Shown in pieces: positions 61,158 through 64,000 of a stretch of DNA of 64,000 nucleotides. Where the stretch lies: assembly GCF_009914755.1 (NCBI RefSeq), contig NC_060926.1, one strand, 5' to 3'. The stretch comes from the human T2T-CHM13v2.0 reference genome, Homo sapiens. Position numbers and translations under genes: made by a program. The notes under the pieces are model-generated. The model made no database searches, was not told the origin of the DNA, and saw only the letters and a program-made list of their open reading frames with translations. Position 1 is the stretch's first letter, and every line of letters starts with the position of its first letter.

Positions 61158-61857
61158 GTTTTTAGAGTGGTAGTTAGGCAGACACGAGCAGGGCAGGAGA
61201 GGGCCCCCACCAGGAATGTCAGGTGACCATCAGGTTATGGTCAGGTTGTTGTTAAACTGTCTCTCCAAAATAATTGGTTGCAGCTGGCGCCACGAAAAGA
61301 CAGCCTCCCAATAGACAGAAAATACCCGAAGCTGGTGATCAGTAGCTTTCCGATAGAATTTCAGGAGTTGGGCAAATGGGCTCAAACATGCACACTAAGA
61401 GGCAAAATGGCAGAGTTTAACTGGTATATGACCTTCCTCTAGGAACGCTCAACTGGTAAGGAAAAAATGCCCCAGGTGAGCATGCACACAACTTCAGTAA
61501 ACACACTGCACATGCAGCCCCTCCCAAGTGCTGGCGGGCCATCACACATATGGACTGCCCACTCCAAGGGAAAAATCAAGGAAGAAGAAATGCCAACCCC
61601 AGAACCGTGCCAATGTAGAAAACCCCAAGTCAAGGGACAAACGGGACACTTGGATCTCTCAAGTGGTCTGCTGGGCCCTCTTCCAAGTGTACTTTTCTTC
61701 CTTTCATTCCTGTACTAAAACTTTAAATAAACTTTCACTCTTGCTCTAAAACTTGCCCCTGTCTCTCACTTTGCCTTATGCCCCTTAGCCAAATTTTTTC
61801 CTCTGAGGAGGCAAGAATCAAATTGCTGCAGAGCCATATGGATTTGCTGCTGGAATG
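61158..61857 (+). mobile_element. MER50 solo LTR (ERV1)
   Basis: gtagttaggcagacacgagcagggcaggagagggccccc...aatgtcaggtgaccatcagg...cactaagaggcaaaatggc; aataaa near 61727. Confidence 0.85.
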
Positions 61858-62098
61858 AGGTGACTTCACAACCCTCCCCAGTAGTCGCCAGGAGCTGGCA
61901 GAGTGGCAGTAACTTCTGCTGCCCACCGGAGTAAAATGCAATCTGAGTCAAAGAGCCATAAAGTGTACTCAGAAATTAAAAATCTATAGGCAGGGAATTC
62001 TAGCTGGGGGTCAGGTTTTCCAAGCAACCAGGGATTTTCTTTGCTTTTAGGCATTTTCTTGTCATCTTGAATGAAAAGTATTAAATACTATGTAACAA

Positions 62099-62392
62099 TT
62101 TTTTTTTCTTTGAGACAAGGTCTCACTCTGTCACCCAGACTGGAGTACAGTGTTATGATCACAGCTCACTGCGGCCTCAACCTCCCAGGCTCAGGTGATC
62201 CTCTCTCCTCATCCTCCCAGGTAGCTGGGACTACAGGGGTACGCCAACATGCCTGGCTAATTTTTTGTATCTTTAGTAGAGATGGAGTTTTGCCATGTTG
62301 TCCAGGCTTGTCTTGAACTCGGGCTCAAGTGATCCTCCCACCTTGGCCCCCCAAAGTGCTGGGATTATAGGCATGAGCTACTGCGCCTGGCC
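62099..62392 (-). mobile_element. AluJ
   Basis: TSD aacaattttt. Confidence 0.9.
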
Positions 62393-62840
62393 AACAATTT
62401 TTTAAAGATAAGGAATTACCATTAAAACCAATGATTCTTAACTCCATCCAGGCGCAACTCCCTTCCTATTATAGATATTTTATAAGACCTGCTTACAATT
62501 CTGTCATTAACTAAATAGACTATATAACTTACAAGTGAACATAATTTAAAAAAGCAACATAACACCTGATTATGTAAAGGAGTAATAAAAGCAAAGTTGT
62601 TTATAATATAGTATGTATTTCAAAAGGTAAATATCTAGTTTTGACTTCTAGACAAAATAACTTAGATGCTTACTTACACTAATATATAGAATAAATGTAA
62701 ATGAGACAGCTATACATGTAGTCTGATATAGGTGTGTTATATTGGAAACTTTAAAATCATATGCAGCATTGCTAGTGATTATGTGATTTTCCTAAATGTT
62801 GAATACCTTATGGTATATTTCTAACAAAATATTCCTGGAA

Positions 62841-63175
62841 GCTGGGCTTGGTGGCTCATGTCTGTAATACCAGCACTTTAGGAGGCCAAGGAAGGAGGAT
62901 CACTTGATGCCAAAGTTCAAGACCAGCCTGGGCAACATTGGGAGACCCCCATCTCTAAAAAAAAAAAAAAAAAAAAAAAAACAAAAGCTGGGCATGGTAG
63001 TTACTACTACCATGCTACATGATAGGACTACCCCTGTAGTCCTAGCTACTCAGGAGACTGAGGTTGAGGTTGGAGGACTGCTTGAATCTAGGAGTTTGAG
63101 GATGCAGTGAGCTATGATCATGCCACTGCACTCCAGCCTGGGCAATAGAGCAAGGCCCTGTCTCTTTAAAAAAAA
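62841..63175 (+). mobile_element. AluJ with templated insertion in the right arm
   Basis: Dimer; TSD-like ctggaa. Confidence 0.88.
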
Positions 63176-63378
63176 TTTCTGGAAAATTTAAATCTATTAA
63201 ACACATGAAGAAACTACTTGGTATTTATTTGCAAAATGAATTAAGTTCTAATTTTAGATCATTAAAAACACCTTTTTCAGCTAGAGATATGTCTTTGGTG
63301 GACTTTGAAAAGTATGCGAGATGTAGGGCAATTCTTACTGCATGGGACAGTCTTATGCATTTTAAGAAATTCTGTATT

Positions 63379-63690
<312 letters not shown>

Positions 63691-64000
63691 AGAAATATTG
63701 TATTCCCAGTACCAATCCACTAAATGTTAGTTGCTTCCATTTGTAACACTACAAAAACTTTCTCACAAATGTTTAAAATGCTAACTAATAGTAATACCAC
63801 CCCTAATGAGAAACTCTATTATAAACAATGTCTGGCACTTGATATGTATTTAATACATGCTTATTGATTAGATGGATGAATGATTATATAAATATTAAAT
63901 CTCAAAAATAACTTTAATTTCTGACTGTAAGTATCAGAAAACCCAACCAACAGTAGTTTAGACAAATTAGAGTATATAACTTTTCACTAAGAAGTTTGGA

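Overview
Primate (very probably human) non-coding DNA, intronic or intergenic. I can support no protein-coding exon, CpG island or intact RNA gene. It holds about 45 Alu elements or fragments, plus L1, L2, MIR and CR1/L3 pieces and several MaLR LTRs. Larger fossils are a full-length but inactivated Tigger4 (36.1-39.5 kb), a decayed ERV-L gag-pro-pol-dUTPase body (49.9-55.2 kb) and a MER50 solo LTR; there is also a U6 retropseudogene. Most listed ORFs are Alu read-through or chance, except fossil transposase and RT fragments. I found no convincing new biological system. The best oddities are traces of mutational mechanisms: a TSD-flanked insert copied from two nearby segments with a GT-AG-like join (32.7 kb), tiny polyadenylated retrocopies (32.4 and 60.3 kb), target sites used twice, a tail-to-tail AluY pair 22 nt apart, a near-perfect 127-bp tandem duplication and a double fold-back insertion in an Alu. 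Family and subfamily calls come from remembered consensus sequences, not a database search, and old-repeat boundaries are approximate.
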